A stretch of DNA of 64,000 nt from NCBI GenBank assembly GCA_043747615.1, contig JAYTOU010000024.1, positions 32,001-96,000 on the forward strand. Direction: 5' to 3'. Source of the stretch: Myxococcales bacterium. GTDB lineage: Bacteria > Myxococcota_A > Polyangia > Polyangiales > Polyangiaceae. The position numbers and the translations under genes are program-made. Positions 28,247 through 36,930 of this stretch are shown piece by piece. Numbering within the stretch: position 1 is the stretch's first letter; each line of letters begins with the position of its first letter. The notes under the pieces were generated by a model, which made no database searches, was not told the origin of the DNA, and worked only from the letters and a program-made list of their open reading frames with translations.

Positions 28247-29425
28247 ATGCTGGGGTCCCCTGATTTCGAGCCTCGCGCGGTGTGTGCGCGCTGCCGGCGA
28301 CCCACGAGCGTCTGCTACTGCAAGCACCTGTCGTCTATCGACACGCGAACGCGCATCGTGCTCCTCCAGCATCCGCGTGAGCGTGACATGGCGATCGGAA
28401 CTGCGCGCATGGCGAGCCTCTGTCTCCCCAACTCCGAGCTTCACGTGGGCGTCCACTGGCAAGGGTCCCCTGCCCTCGCACGCGCGCTCTCGGATCCGTC
28501 TCGCCCGGCAGCGCTGCTTTACCCGGGAGAGAACGCGATTGACGTTGGCACCCATCCGCCGCCCGGTCCGGTAACGCTGGTGGTTGTCGACGGCACCTGG
28601 TGGCAGGCGAAGAAGTTGGTGCGCGAGAATCCGGAGCTCGCCAGCCTGCCCCGCTACACCTTCACGACGCCGACCCCGAGCGAGTACCGCATTCGAAAAG
28701 AGCCGAACGATGCCTACGTGTCGACCATCGAGGCGCTGGTGCACGTGCTCGGCGCGCTCGAGGGCGACAAGGAACGCTTTCGCGCGCTCCTCCTGCCGTT
28801 CCGCGCGATGATCGATGCCCAGATCGCGTGCGAGAAGCTCGTGGGCAGCGGTCGCGTTCGTCATCCGAAAAAACAGAGACCGTTCAAGCCGCGCGTGCCG
28901 ACGCACCTCGGGGAGCACGCCAAGGATCTAGTGTGCGTGGTGGGAGAGGCCAACGCATGGCCATATTCGTGCCCAGAGCGCGCGCTCTCGTTACCCGACG
29001 AGCTCGTGCATTGGGTCGCACATCGCCTCAGCACCGGTGAGACGTTCGACTTCGTCATCGCTCCAAAAAACCCGCTCGCGCCGAAGACGGCATCGTACGT
29101 CGGGCTTTCGAGCGACGAGCTCGCTCGCGGAGGATCGATGGCGCAGCTCTTCGATCGGTGGCGAGGCTTCCTTCGGGAGTCCGACGTGATCTGCTCCTGG
29201 GGGCGGTACGCGACGGCGCTCTTCGTCGCGTCGGGTGGCTACCTTCCGGCGACGCGGTTTGATCTGCGGCAAGTAGCTCGCGTCTTCACGAGCGGCAAAG
29301 TGGGAACCCTCGAAGAGTTCGCGCGCAGCGTCGGAGAGCCGCCTACCAGCCTGGGCGTCGGACGAGGTGGCATGCGCGTCGCGCAGATCGCAGCAACCGC
29401 TCGGCACCTGACAAGCCCGCCTTGA
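28247..29425 (+). CDS. DTW-domain tRNA aminocarboxypropyltransferase (TapT-like) with a C-terminal degenerate exonuclease-like domain
   Basis: CARC..CYC, LQHPRE, DGTW, SEYRIRK, STIEA; extra domain of about 170 aa. Confidence 0.8.
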   Translation: MLGSPDFEPRAVCARCRRPTSVCYCKHLSSIDTRTRIVLLQHPRERDMAIGTARMASLCLPNSELHVGVHWQGSPALARALSDPSRPAALLYPGENAIDVGTHPPPGPVTLVVVDGTWWQAKKLVRENPELASLPRYTFTTPTPSEYRIRKEPNDAYVSTIEALVHVLGALEGDKERFRALLLPFRAMIDAQIACEKLVGSGRVRHPKKQRPFKPRVPTHLGEHAKDLVCVVGEANAWPYSCPERALSLPDELVHWVAHRLSTGETFDFVIAPKNPLAPKTASYVGLSSDELARGGSMAQLFDRWRGFLRESDVICSWGRYATALFVASGGYLPATRFDLRQVARVFTSGKVGTLEEFARSVGEPPTSLGVGRGGMRVAQIAATARHLTSPP

Positions 29426-29437
29426 ACGTAGCGTGCG

Positions 29438-31099
29438 TCACGCCAGACGATCGCTCAAGCTCTCGGTCCCGCGCCCGTGAACGAGGCGGTCGGCGATGGC
29501 CTCCGCAACGGCAGCTATCGTGAGCGACGGATTCGCGCCCAGCGCCGAGGGGACGATCCCGGCATCGACGACGAAGAGGTTGCGGTTGCGGAACGACTCA
29601 CCATACGGATCTACGACACCCTTGACGTCGCTCTCTCGCTCGCTCATCGGGCAGCCTCCGAGCGGGTGCGCGGTGTTCACCGTGCCGTCCTTGCGGTAGC
29701 TGTCCAAGAACATCTCGCCTCCGAGCGCGCGGTAGATTTTTCGCATCGCATCGACGGCTGCGTTCCACGTCCGCTCGGTCGCGGCGGAGGTCTCGCGCCA
29801 GGCCACGTCGACTCCGTTTCCCGCTGAATTCAAGCGAATTTCACCTTCGCACGCGTCGAGCGCGAGGCACCCCATCGTCAGCATTCGCGAACCGAAGTGC
29901 GCGAGCGATTGCTTGTAGGCGAGGCCCCAGTCGCGGCTCGCGATGCCGTCGTCGGCGAGGTCGGTCGAGCCGCGCCCGAGCGCGTCCGGGTCCTTCGCGC
30001 GAAGCAGAGACGACGGCGCGCCGAGCGACAGGTAGAGCGGCGAAGCGTAGAACGGAATCAGAATGAAGTTGTGGGCGGGCCAGAAGCTCGGGCAGAAGCT
30101 CGACATAGGCTTTCCCTTGTGGCTTTCGACGTCGAATTCGTAGGCGCTACCAATGATCCCGCTGACGCCGTAGTCACCATTTCCGGAGACGCGCTTCCCG
30201 AGCGCATTGGCGGGGTCGAGCGCACGGTCGCCCGAAAAATTCGGAAGAGAGCGGAGGAGCACGCTCGCCGAGCCAACCGAGCCGCCCGCGACGATGAGCA
30301 TCTTGCACTCGATCTCGAACGACACGCCGGCGTCGCCGCGACGATCCGTTCCACGAACGACGTACCCATTGCCGGACTGGGCGATCGAATCGACCTCACA
30401 CCCGGACCAAAACTCGACGCCTGCTCCGAGGGCATCGAGGAGGTAGTTCTTCGTGAGGTTCTGGCGCCCCTCGAAGCGCTGCCCCTGATTCCACCATCCC
30501 TCGTTCGCATCGTCGGCGTCAGCGAGCTTCAGCGGAACGGCAGTTGCGCCGATGCGCCGGCAGCCCTCGGCGAAGACGTAGTCGCGCTTCGTCGCCAGCT
30601 GCCAGTGCGGCACGCTCGCGTCGGTCCAAGCGAGTCGGTGCACCTTGAGCTTCGCTTCGGCGATGGCGTAGTACGGATCGAGGAGCGCGCGCGAGTACAG
30701 CGCTGGCCACAGGCGGCGCCCGTCGCGGGTCTGTTCAAACGCGACCGCCGGTGCCCGAAGGCTCACCCCGTCGTAGACGTTCGAGCCTCCGCCGATACCC
30801 TTGCCCGCGATCACGTTGAGGCTAGGTTTTCCTGACCGATACGATCCTCGACGATCGGTGTAAATCTGCACGACGGCTGCGGTGTTCTCGAGCGCGAGGT
30901 TCTGACGAAACCGGTTTCCCTGTGCGTTGAGCGGCCCGCCGCCCGAGGCGACGTCGAAGCGCGCGGTGTGATCGTTTCCTTTTTCCAGGACGAGCACGCG
31001 CCTCTTTTTCCCACCGGCATTCGCTGCGGCGCCGAGGCGAGCGGCCATCACCGCGCCTCCGAATCCAGAGCCGATGATGAGGATGTCCGCGAAGGCCAT
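29438..31099 (-). CDS. GMC oxidoreductase, cholesterol-oxidase-like
   Basis: GSGFGG, GIGGGSNVY, LTKNYL, SGNGD, TAHPLGG, GANPSLTI; no signal peptide. Confidence 0.85.
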   Translation of the reverse strand: MAFADILIIGSGFGGAVMAARLGAAANAGGKKRRVLVLEKGNDHTARFDVASGGGPLNAQGNRFRQNLALENTAAVVQIYTDRRGSYRSGKPSLNVIAGKGIGGGSNVYDGVSLRAPAVAFEQTRDGRRLWPALYSRALLDPYYAIAEAKLKVHRLAWTDASVPHWQLATKRDYVFAEGCRRIGATAVPLKLADADDANEGWWNQGQRFEGRQNLTKNYLLDALGAGVEFWSGCEVDSIAQSGNGYVVRGTDRRGDAGVSFEIECKMLIVAGGSVGSASVLLRSLPNFSGDRALDPANALGKRVSGNGDYGVSGIIGSAYEFDVESHKGKPMSSFCPSFWPAHNFILIPFYASPLYLSLGAPSSLLRAKDPDALGRGSTDLADDGIASRDWGLAYKQSLAHFGSRMLTMGCLALDACEGEIRLNSAGNGVDVAWRETSAATERTWNAAVDAMRKIYRALGGEMFLDSYRKDGTVNTAHPLGGCPMSERESDVKGVVDPYGESFRNRNLFVVDAGIVPSALGANPSLTIAAVAEAIADRLVHGRGTESLSDRLA

Positions 31100-31908
31100 C
31101 AGACCAGATCCCCGTTCGCGTCGATCACGAGACCCAGGTCGTCACCCGTCGTTGGCGCGGGCGTGCGGTTGTACGTGTAGTCGTCGAGGTCCCCCGACGC
31201 AGCGAGCTGCACGAGGTTCTCCTTCGACGCCTCGATCAAGCGACCGGCCCGCGTACGCGGATACCCTGACACCGCGAGGCCGTCGGCTAGATTCTCGAAG
31301 GGGGGATACCCGATCGCCCGCAGACCCGCGTCCGAGAACGGCGCCCCCAGGTAAGCTGTGAAACACGCCGCGCGCACCACGAGGAGCGGCACGCGCTGAA
31401 CGGAGTCGGCAAAGGCGGCGGCTACCACCTTCTCCTGCAGGGCGCGCGGCAGATCGCGAAACGCGGTGAGCGGTTTCTGAGCGACCGCGAGAACGTCGAG
31501 ACCGGCGTTGAGCGTCGCTCGAAACGGGCCTTGAAGATCTCCGAGCGCGGAGACCTCCGCTTCGGTCAGCGACGGAAGGAGACCCTGCGCGACGGCGAGA
31601 GGAACGAACGTCGCTAGGCGCAGCACCTTGTCAGCGCCGACTTCGCGCGCGCCCGGCGACGAGACCTTTCCCAAAGCATCGAGCTCCGCGGGAATGAGGA
31701 CGTCGTAAAGAGCATCCACATTGTCCGCGTAAGGCGCTCGCGCGGGAAGTGGTTCCGTGCTCGTCTCCGAAGGCAACCCCGGAACGGCCGCAACCCCGCC
31801 CGGATCTCTGCACCCCTCGAGGCTTGCCACCGCGCCGAGCGCAAAGCCGAAGATGGTCCCCAAGGCCTGTCGTCGCGAGAGGCTGGTGTGCGTGGTCGGG
31901 GAGCTCAT
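31099..31908 (-). CDS. Tat lipoprotein resembling gluconate 2-dehydrogenase subunit 3
   Basis: SRRQALG twin-arginine motif, LEGC lipobox; DVLIP, PGARE, FRDL, GLRAIGYP; 1-bp overlap with the GMC gene. Confidence 0.65.
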   Translation of the reverse strand: MSSPTTHTSLSRRQALGTIFGFALGAVASLEGCRDPGGVAAVPGLPSETSTEPLPARAPYADNVDALYDVLIPAELDALGKVSSPGAREVGADKVLRLATFVPLAVAQGLLPSLTEAEVSALGDLQGPFRATLNAGLDVLAVAQKPLTAFRDLPRALQEKVVAAAFADSVQRVPLLVVRAACFTAYLGAPFSDAGLRAIGYPPFENLADGLAVSGYPRTRAGRLIEASKENLVQLAASGDLDDYTYNRTPAPTTGDDLGLVIDANGDLV

Positions 31909-32020
31909 CACGTCGAAGGGATACGATCGCGATCCGCATTCGTCGCATCCCATTTTGGAAAGGCTCGTTTCCAAACGGGCGTAAGCGCTCGCACGCATCC
32001 GCCGCTATAGACCGCCGCAG

Positions 32021-33907
32021 ATGGATTCTTCGCCCGCTTCCGCGCTCGTTTGCCTCCTGTCGATCGCGACCTCGTCGCTGATCGCCGGGTGCCATTCGGC
32101 CGAGAAAAGCTGCGCGGCCGCCTTCTGCGAGACGGCAGGCTACGAGGTCATCGTCGTCGGATCGGGCGCGGGCGGCGGTCCTTTGGCCGCTCGCCTCGCA
32201 CGGAGCGGCGTGCGCGTGCTCCTCCTCGAAGCAGGGGACGACGTGGGCGGCAGTCTGAAATACGAGGTGCCGGCGATGCATGCACTTTCCACGGAAGATC
32301 CAGCGATGGCCTGGTGGTACTTCGTAAAGCACCACGCCGATCCCGCGCTCGACAAGGCAGACTCGAAGTGGACCAAAGACGGAATTCTTTACCCACGCGG
32401 TAGTGCCCTCGGCGGTTCGACCGCGGTGAACGCCATGGTCACGGTGCTCCCGTCGCGCTCGGATTGGGATCGCATCGCCGAGCTCACGGGCGATTCGTCG
32501 TGGCGGGCGAGCCGAATGGATCGCTTCTACGATCGCGTTCGGGAGTGGCTGAGCGTGGAGATTCCCGATCCCCGCCTCGCGCTCGGGGATCGCAAGGTAT
32601 CGAGCTACCTCGCTGCGGCGGCGACCACGTTCGCGCACGAATCGCTCGGCGCCACATTGAATCCCGCAGACCTCCTCGGCACGGGCGGTGGGCTGGCGAC
32701 TCTGCTCCAGGCGGACGTGAACGAAGCGTTGCGCGGCGGGGAAACGACCGGGGTCTACCGCTTGCCGCTCGCCACGGCGTCTGGAAGGCGCAACGGAACA
32801 CGCGAGCTCATTCTCTCCACCGTGGCCGAAGGCTTTCCGCTGACGGTAATGACTGGAGCGTTCGTGACCCGCGTTCTGTGGGACGAGCACGCGGAGAAGC
32901 CCACCGCCGCCGGCGTCGAGTACGTCAAGGGGAGCGCCGTGTACGGAGCGAGCCTCGTCCCTCAGGTCGCTCCCACCGAGCGCACGCACGCGTTTGCCTC
33001 GCGCGAGATCGTGCTGTCTGCGGGCACCTTCAACTCACCTCAGCTTCTCATGCTCTCGGGCGTGGGAAACGAAACTGCGCTTTCGTCGCTCGGCATCGCG
33101 TCCATCCTCGCGCGAAAGGGGGTGGGAGAGAATCTCCAGGACCGCTACGAGGCGCCCGTCGTCACTCAATTTTCGCAGCCGCTCGACATCCTCGCCAGGT
33201 GCAAGCTGGGCGGAGATCCCGCCGGCGATCCGTGTGTGAAGGACTGGCAAGCGGGGAACGGTGTCTACCAAACGCCTGGATTTTTGGCTTCGGTTCTCAT
33301 GCGCTCGACGCCGGAGCAGCCGCTCGCCGACCTTCAGGTGTTCGCGGTGCCTACCGATGCACGCGGCTACTACCCGGGCTACTCAAAGGACAGCGCAGCG
33401 GCGCGCAATCGCTTCTCCTGGTTGCTTCTCAAGGCGCACACCAGGAACCGCGACGGGTTCGTTCGTCTTGCAGATGCGAGCCCGTTCTCGCGCCCGGACA
33501 TCAACTTCAACTACTTCGACGAAAACGATTCGCTCGGCGATCCGGATCTGGCGGCGATGGTGTCAGGAATAAAATTCGTGCGGCGCATCGAGAGCGCGAT
33601 GCAGACCCTCGTCCCGGACGACAAGGTCGAGGAGGTCCTGCCGGGCCCAGCGACCCAATCCGACACAGAGATCGCGACGTGGGTGCGCCACGAGTCGTGG
33701 GGGCACCACGCGTGCTGCACGAACAAGATGGGCGCCGCGTCCGACGCAAGCGCGGTCGTCGACTCCGAGTTTCGCGTCATCGGAGCTGCGCACCTGCGGG
33801 TGGTCGATGCCTCCGTTTTTCCCGAGATACCCGGGACGTTCATCGCGCTCCCGACGTACATGGTGGCGGAAAAAGCGGCCGACGCGATCCTGCGAGCACT
33901 GCCGTGA
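32021..33907 (+). CDS. GMC oxidoreductase lipoprotein (choline-dehydrogenase-like)
   Basis: IAGC lipobox; GSGAGG, YPRGSALGGS, GVGENLQDRYE, WGHHACCT, LRVVDAS. Confidence 0.88.
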   Translation: MDSSPASALVCLLSIATSSLIAGCHSAEKSCAAAFCETAGYEVIVVGSGAGGGPLAARLARSGVRVLLLEAGDDVGGSLKYEVPAMHALSTEDPAMAWWYFVKHHADPALDKADSKWTKDGILYPRGSALGGSTAVNAMVTVLPSRSDWDRIAELTGDSSWRASRMDRFYDRVREWLSVEIPDPRLALGDRKVSSYLAAAATTFAHESLGATLNPADLLGTGGGLATLLQADVNEALRGGETTGVYRLPLATASGRRNGTRELILSTVAEGFPLTVMTGAFVTRVLWDEHAEKPTAAGVEYVKGSAVYGASLVPQVAPTERTHAFASREIVLSAGTFNSPQLLMLSGVGNETALSSLGIASILARKGVGENLQDRYEAPVVTQFSQPLDILARCKLGGDPAGDPCVKDWQAGNGVYQTPGFLASVLMRSTPEQPLADLQVFAVPTDARGYYPGYSKDSAAARNRFSWLLLKAHTRNRDGFVRLADASPFSRPDINFNYFDENDSLGDPDLAAMVSGIKFVRRIESAMQTLVPDDKVEEVLPGPATQSDTEIATWVRHESWGHHACCTNKMGAASDASAVVDSEFRVIGAAHLRVVDASVFPEIPGTFIALPTYMVAEKAADAILRALP

Positions 33908-35136
33908 GGCGCGCACTCGTCGGGATCCTTGTGGCGACGCTCGGGCTCGCAGCGCTTCCGTCGTGCGCAACGAACAAGGACGTCTGCGGCGTGCTTCGCG
34001 ACGATCTCAAGCGTTGCGGAGTGCCGGTGCTCGAGCTCGACTGCGGCCGCCTCGAGCTCTCAGCGGAAGAAGCGTTGGTCTCGCGGATCGAGACCCGCGG
34101 TTGTGAGGGTCTCGCGACGCAGGGCACCGAAGACGTCGATCCCCGCCTCTGCGCGCTCACCGGCTGGCCCTGCCCTGCCTCACCAACGCCTGCGCCAGGA
34201 ACGAGCGTCTCCAGATTTCCCCTCGTCTTCGTGAGCGGCATCGACGGGTCGCCCGTCTTCGACTGGAATCCGCGCATCGTCTCGGCGCTGAAGGCGACGG
34301 GCGGTACGGAGGCCTACCACGTCCAAGTATTGCCCTGGGCCACGACGGCTGAGCGGGGCGCGGACCTCTGGCAGTCGCTCGAGTCCCTTCGCGCGCACCT
34401 TGGTACGAAGCTCAATCTCGTCTGCTACGCGGTCGGCGGGCTCGACTGCCGATACGTAACGAGCCCGAACGGTCTCTTCAAGGGGGACGCCACCGGCTAC
34501 GCAAAGGTGGCGGACAGCGTCGCTTCGGTCACCACCGTATCGACGCCCCATCGCGGCACACGGGTAGCGGAGGCCGCGCTCGCTCTGCTCGACAGCAGCG
34601 CGGCGCACGACCTCATTCAGAGCCTCATCGGAGACGCAGCGCCAACGGTTCCGGACGACGCGGCGCTCCGCAGGACGCTGAAAGGTCTCACCCTCGAAGC
34701 ACTCCTCACCTTCAACCACGAGATCACCGACGCGCCCGGCATCTATTACCAATCGTGGGCGGGTGTGAGCCACGTCCTCGCGAAGACCTCCGACGCATCG
34801 GAGAAATCGATTCGCGAGCATTGCACCGACAACACGGGCGCACTCCTCTTTCTGCGGAACAAAGACACGCGCGACGCGATGAACCAGCTCCTCTTCGTCA
34901 CCGCTCCGTTCTCGAGCACCACGCTCGGCGACGAAGGCAACGTGGTCCTCAGCCCGTCGGATGGAATGGTGTCCGTCGAGAGCGCGAAGTGGGGCGTATT
35001 TCGCGGCTGCATTCCCGCCGATCACTACGACGTCATCGGTCAGATCGGGAACCGAACGCGCGACGGACTGACTGGCTTCGACGCGCCGGAGTTCTACCGC
35101 TTCCTGGCTACCGATCTCGCGACGAGGGGATTCTAA
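33904..35136 (+). CDS. Lipase-fold lipoprotein lacking the catalytic Ser (pseudo-lipase)
   Basis: GTGA overlap; LPSC lipobox; NLVCYAVGGLDCRY, STPHRGT, SDGMV, ADHYD. Confidence 0.85.
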   Translation: MRRALVGILVATLGLAALPSCATNKDVCGVLRDDLKRCGVPVLELDCGRLELSAEEALVSRIETRGCEGLATQGTEDVDPRLCALTGWPCPASPTPAPGTSVSRFPLVFVSGIDGSPVFDWNPRIVSALKATGGTEAYHVQVLPWATTAERGADLWQSLESLRAHLGTKLNLVCYAVGGLDCRYVTSPNGLFKGDATGYAKVADSVASVTTVSTPHRGTRVAEAALALLDSSAAHDLIQSLIGDAAPTVPDDAALRRTLKGLTLEALLTFNHEITDAPGIYYQSWAGVSHVLAKTSDASEKSIREHCTDNTGALLFLRNKDTRDAMNQLLFVTAPFSSTTLGDEGNVVLSPSDGMVSVESAKWGVFRGCIPADHYDVIGQIGNRTRDGLTGFDAPEFYRFLATDLATRGF

Positions 35137-35137
35137 G

Positions 35138-36382
35138 ATGCGTCTCCGAAGTCTCTTCCTCGCGTCGCTCGTGACTCTCTTCGCGCCCGCGTGCTCCACT
35201 CCGGGCGGCAAGGTCGATCGCTGCGTCAGCATGAAAAGCGAGCTTTCGGCGTGTATCGGAACGAGCTTCAACGCTCTCGATTGCAGCGCGGTGAGCGACG
35301 CCGACGTCGATCGCCTGAGCGCACTCACCCAAGGCGGCTCGTGCGCTCTCCTGGCGGGCGCTCTCCCCACCGACGGCGATCTCCAAAGCGCGACGTGCAA
35401 GCTCCTCGACGTGGGCTGCGTTGCGCCGGTGACCAAGGCTCCGGCGCACATGCCGACGACGTACCCTGTTCTCCTCGTCAACGGGATCGATACCTCGCCG
35501 CTCTTTCGCTACAGCGATCGAATCGTGAAAACGATGACCGAGGTCGGCGGGCATCGCGTGTTTCTCGCCACGCTCACTCCCTACGAGGCTCCACGAAGCC
35601 GCGCTCCCGAGCTGTGGACGCGCATCCAGGAAGTACGCAAGACCACAGGCGCGGCGAAGGTGAATCTGATCTGTCACTCGCTGGGAGGGCTCGATTGCCG
35701 CTATGCCGTGAGCCCTAGCGGCCTTCGCGCCGACACGGGCGAGGACGTCGCCTCGGCCGTGGCTTCGATCACGACCGTGGGCACCGCTCATCGCGGAACG
35801 CGCATCGCCGATGTCCTCCTCGGGCTCACTCCCGACGGCGACCGCGGCAAGACGATCGAAGATTTCGCGACCCTCGTTGGAGACTGGTTCAGCGACGATC
35901 GACTGCAGAGTAATCTCCACTTGAAGGAAGCGCTGAGGGCGTTGAGCACGGCGAATGCGCCCGCGTTCAATGCGGAGATCGTCGACGCTCCCGGCATCTA
36001 CTACCAGTCGTGGGGCGGCTTCAGTCGGCCCTTCGGAATGACCACACCCGAGCACGACGCCCGGGTCGCGGAGGAGTGTCGCACGACGAGCGGTGAGGAC
36101 GGCAACCCCGACTTCAGGGCTCACGACTACATGGCTCTCACCCTGATTCCGTTCACGGATGTGGTCGGTCGCGTCACCGAAGGGTCCAGCGATCTGACTC
36201 CGAACGACGGCCTCACCGCGCTCAGCTCTGCGAAGTGGGGCAACTTCCGCGGCTGCATCCCCGCCGACCACATGGAGCAGCTCGGTCAGCGCAACATCCC
36301 CGACGTCAACGTGAGAACGGGCTTCGACGTTGCGCGCTTCTACACCAACGTGGCCGACGATCTCCAGGCGCGAGGCTACTGA
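35138..36382 (+). CDS. Triacylglycerol lipase-like lipoprotein
   Basis: APAC lipobox; NLICHSLGGLDCRY, TAHRGT, NDGLT, ADHME. Confidence 0.88.
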   Translation: MRLRSLFLASLVTLFAPACSTPGGKVDRCVSMKSELSACIGTSFNALDCSAVSDADVDRLSALTQGGSCALLAGALPTDGDLQSATCKLLDVGCVAPVTKAPAHMPTTYPVLLVNGIDTSPLFRYSDRIVKTMTEVGGHRVFLATLTPYEAPRSRAPELWTRIQEVRKTTGAAKVNLICHSLGGLDCRYAVSPSGLRADTGEDVASAVASITTVGTAHRGTRIADVLLGLTPDGDRGKTIEDFATLVGDWFSDDRLQSNLHLKEALRALSTANAPAFNAEIVDAPGIYYQSWGGFSRPFGMTTPEHDARVAEECRTTSGEDGNPDFRAHDYMALTLIPFTDVVGRVTEGSSDLTPNDGLTALSSAKWGNFRGCIPADHMEQLGQRNIPDVNVRTGFDVARFYTNVADDLQARGY

Positions 36383-36930
36383 TGCGCCTCCTCGCCCGAG
36401 TCTTCGCGGTTCTTGCGGCGCCCATGGGAGCGCTTATTTTCGCGGCGTGTGCGCCAGAAGAGCCGGTGCCCGCGGACGTGTGCGCGCAGGCGACGCAGGT
36501 GTTCACGCGGTGTGGGGTGACCCTGCCGCTGCTTGCAGATCGGCCGTGCACCGGAGCCACGCAGGCCGTCGCACGCTGCGTTGCCGCGCATGCGAAGAAC
36601 TGCGAAGACCTGGCAAACCTCACCCAGCGGCTCGACGCGTGCGTCGCCGAGGAGCTCGACGGCGGAGATCTCACCCCCGCCGAAGACCTGCCGTTTCCCA
36701 CCTTTGGTGAAGCGGGAGCGGATGCCGCGATCGATGCTCGTGCGGCCGCCGACGCGGATCTCTACGTCAAGCAGACCAGCAAGCCGACGACGGTCAGCTA
36801 CGACCGCCGCCCCTTCCTCGCCGATTCGAACGAGAGCTGCACGATCAGCCTCACGTCACCCACGGTCGTCTTCGTGATGGTGCGCGGGGCAGCCACGACC
36901 TCCACGTACACGCTGAAGGGGCACCCATGA
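36382..36930 (+). CDS. Cys-rich lipoprotein with a partial PPC (pre-peptidase C-terminal) domain
   Basis: FAAC lipobox; DADLYVK..PTTVSYDRRP..NESC..VMVRG matches the second half of a PPC domain. Confidence 0.7.
   Translation: MRLLARVFAVLAAPMGALIFAACAPEEPVPADVCAQATQVFTRCGVTLPLLADRPCTGATQAVARCVAAHAKNCEDLANLTQRLDACVAEELDGGDLTPAEDLPFPTFGEAGADAAIDARAAADADLYVKQTSKPTTVSYDRRPFLADSNESCTISLTSPTVVFVMVRGAATTSTYTLKGHP

Noticed and set aside
32464..33903. N-terminal part of the 890-aa ORF
   Set aside because: It is an Arg-rich shadow frame over the GMC gene; the real gene starts at GTG 33904
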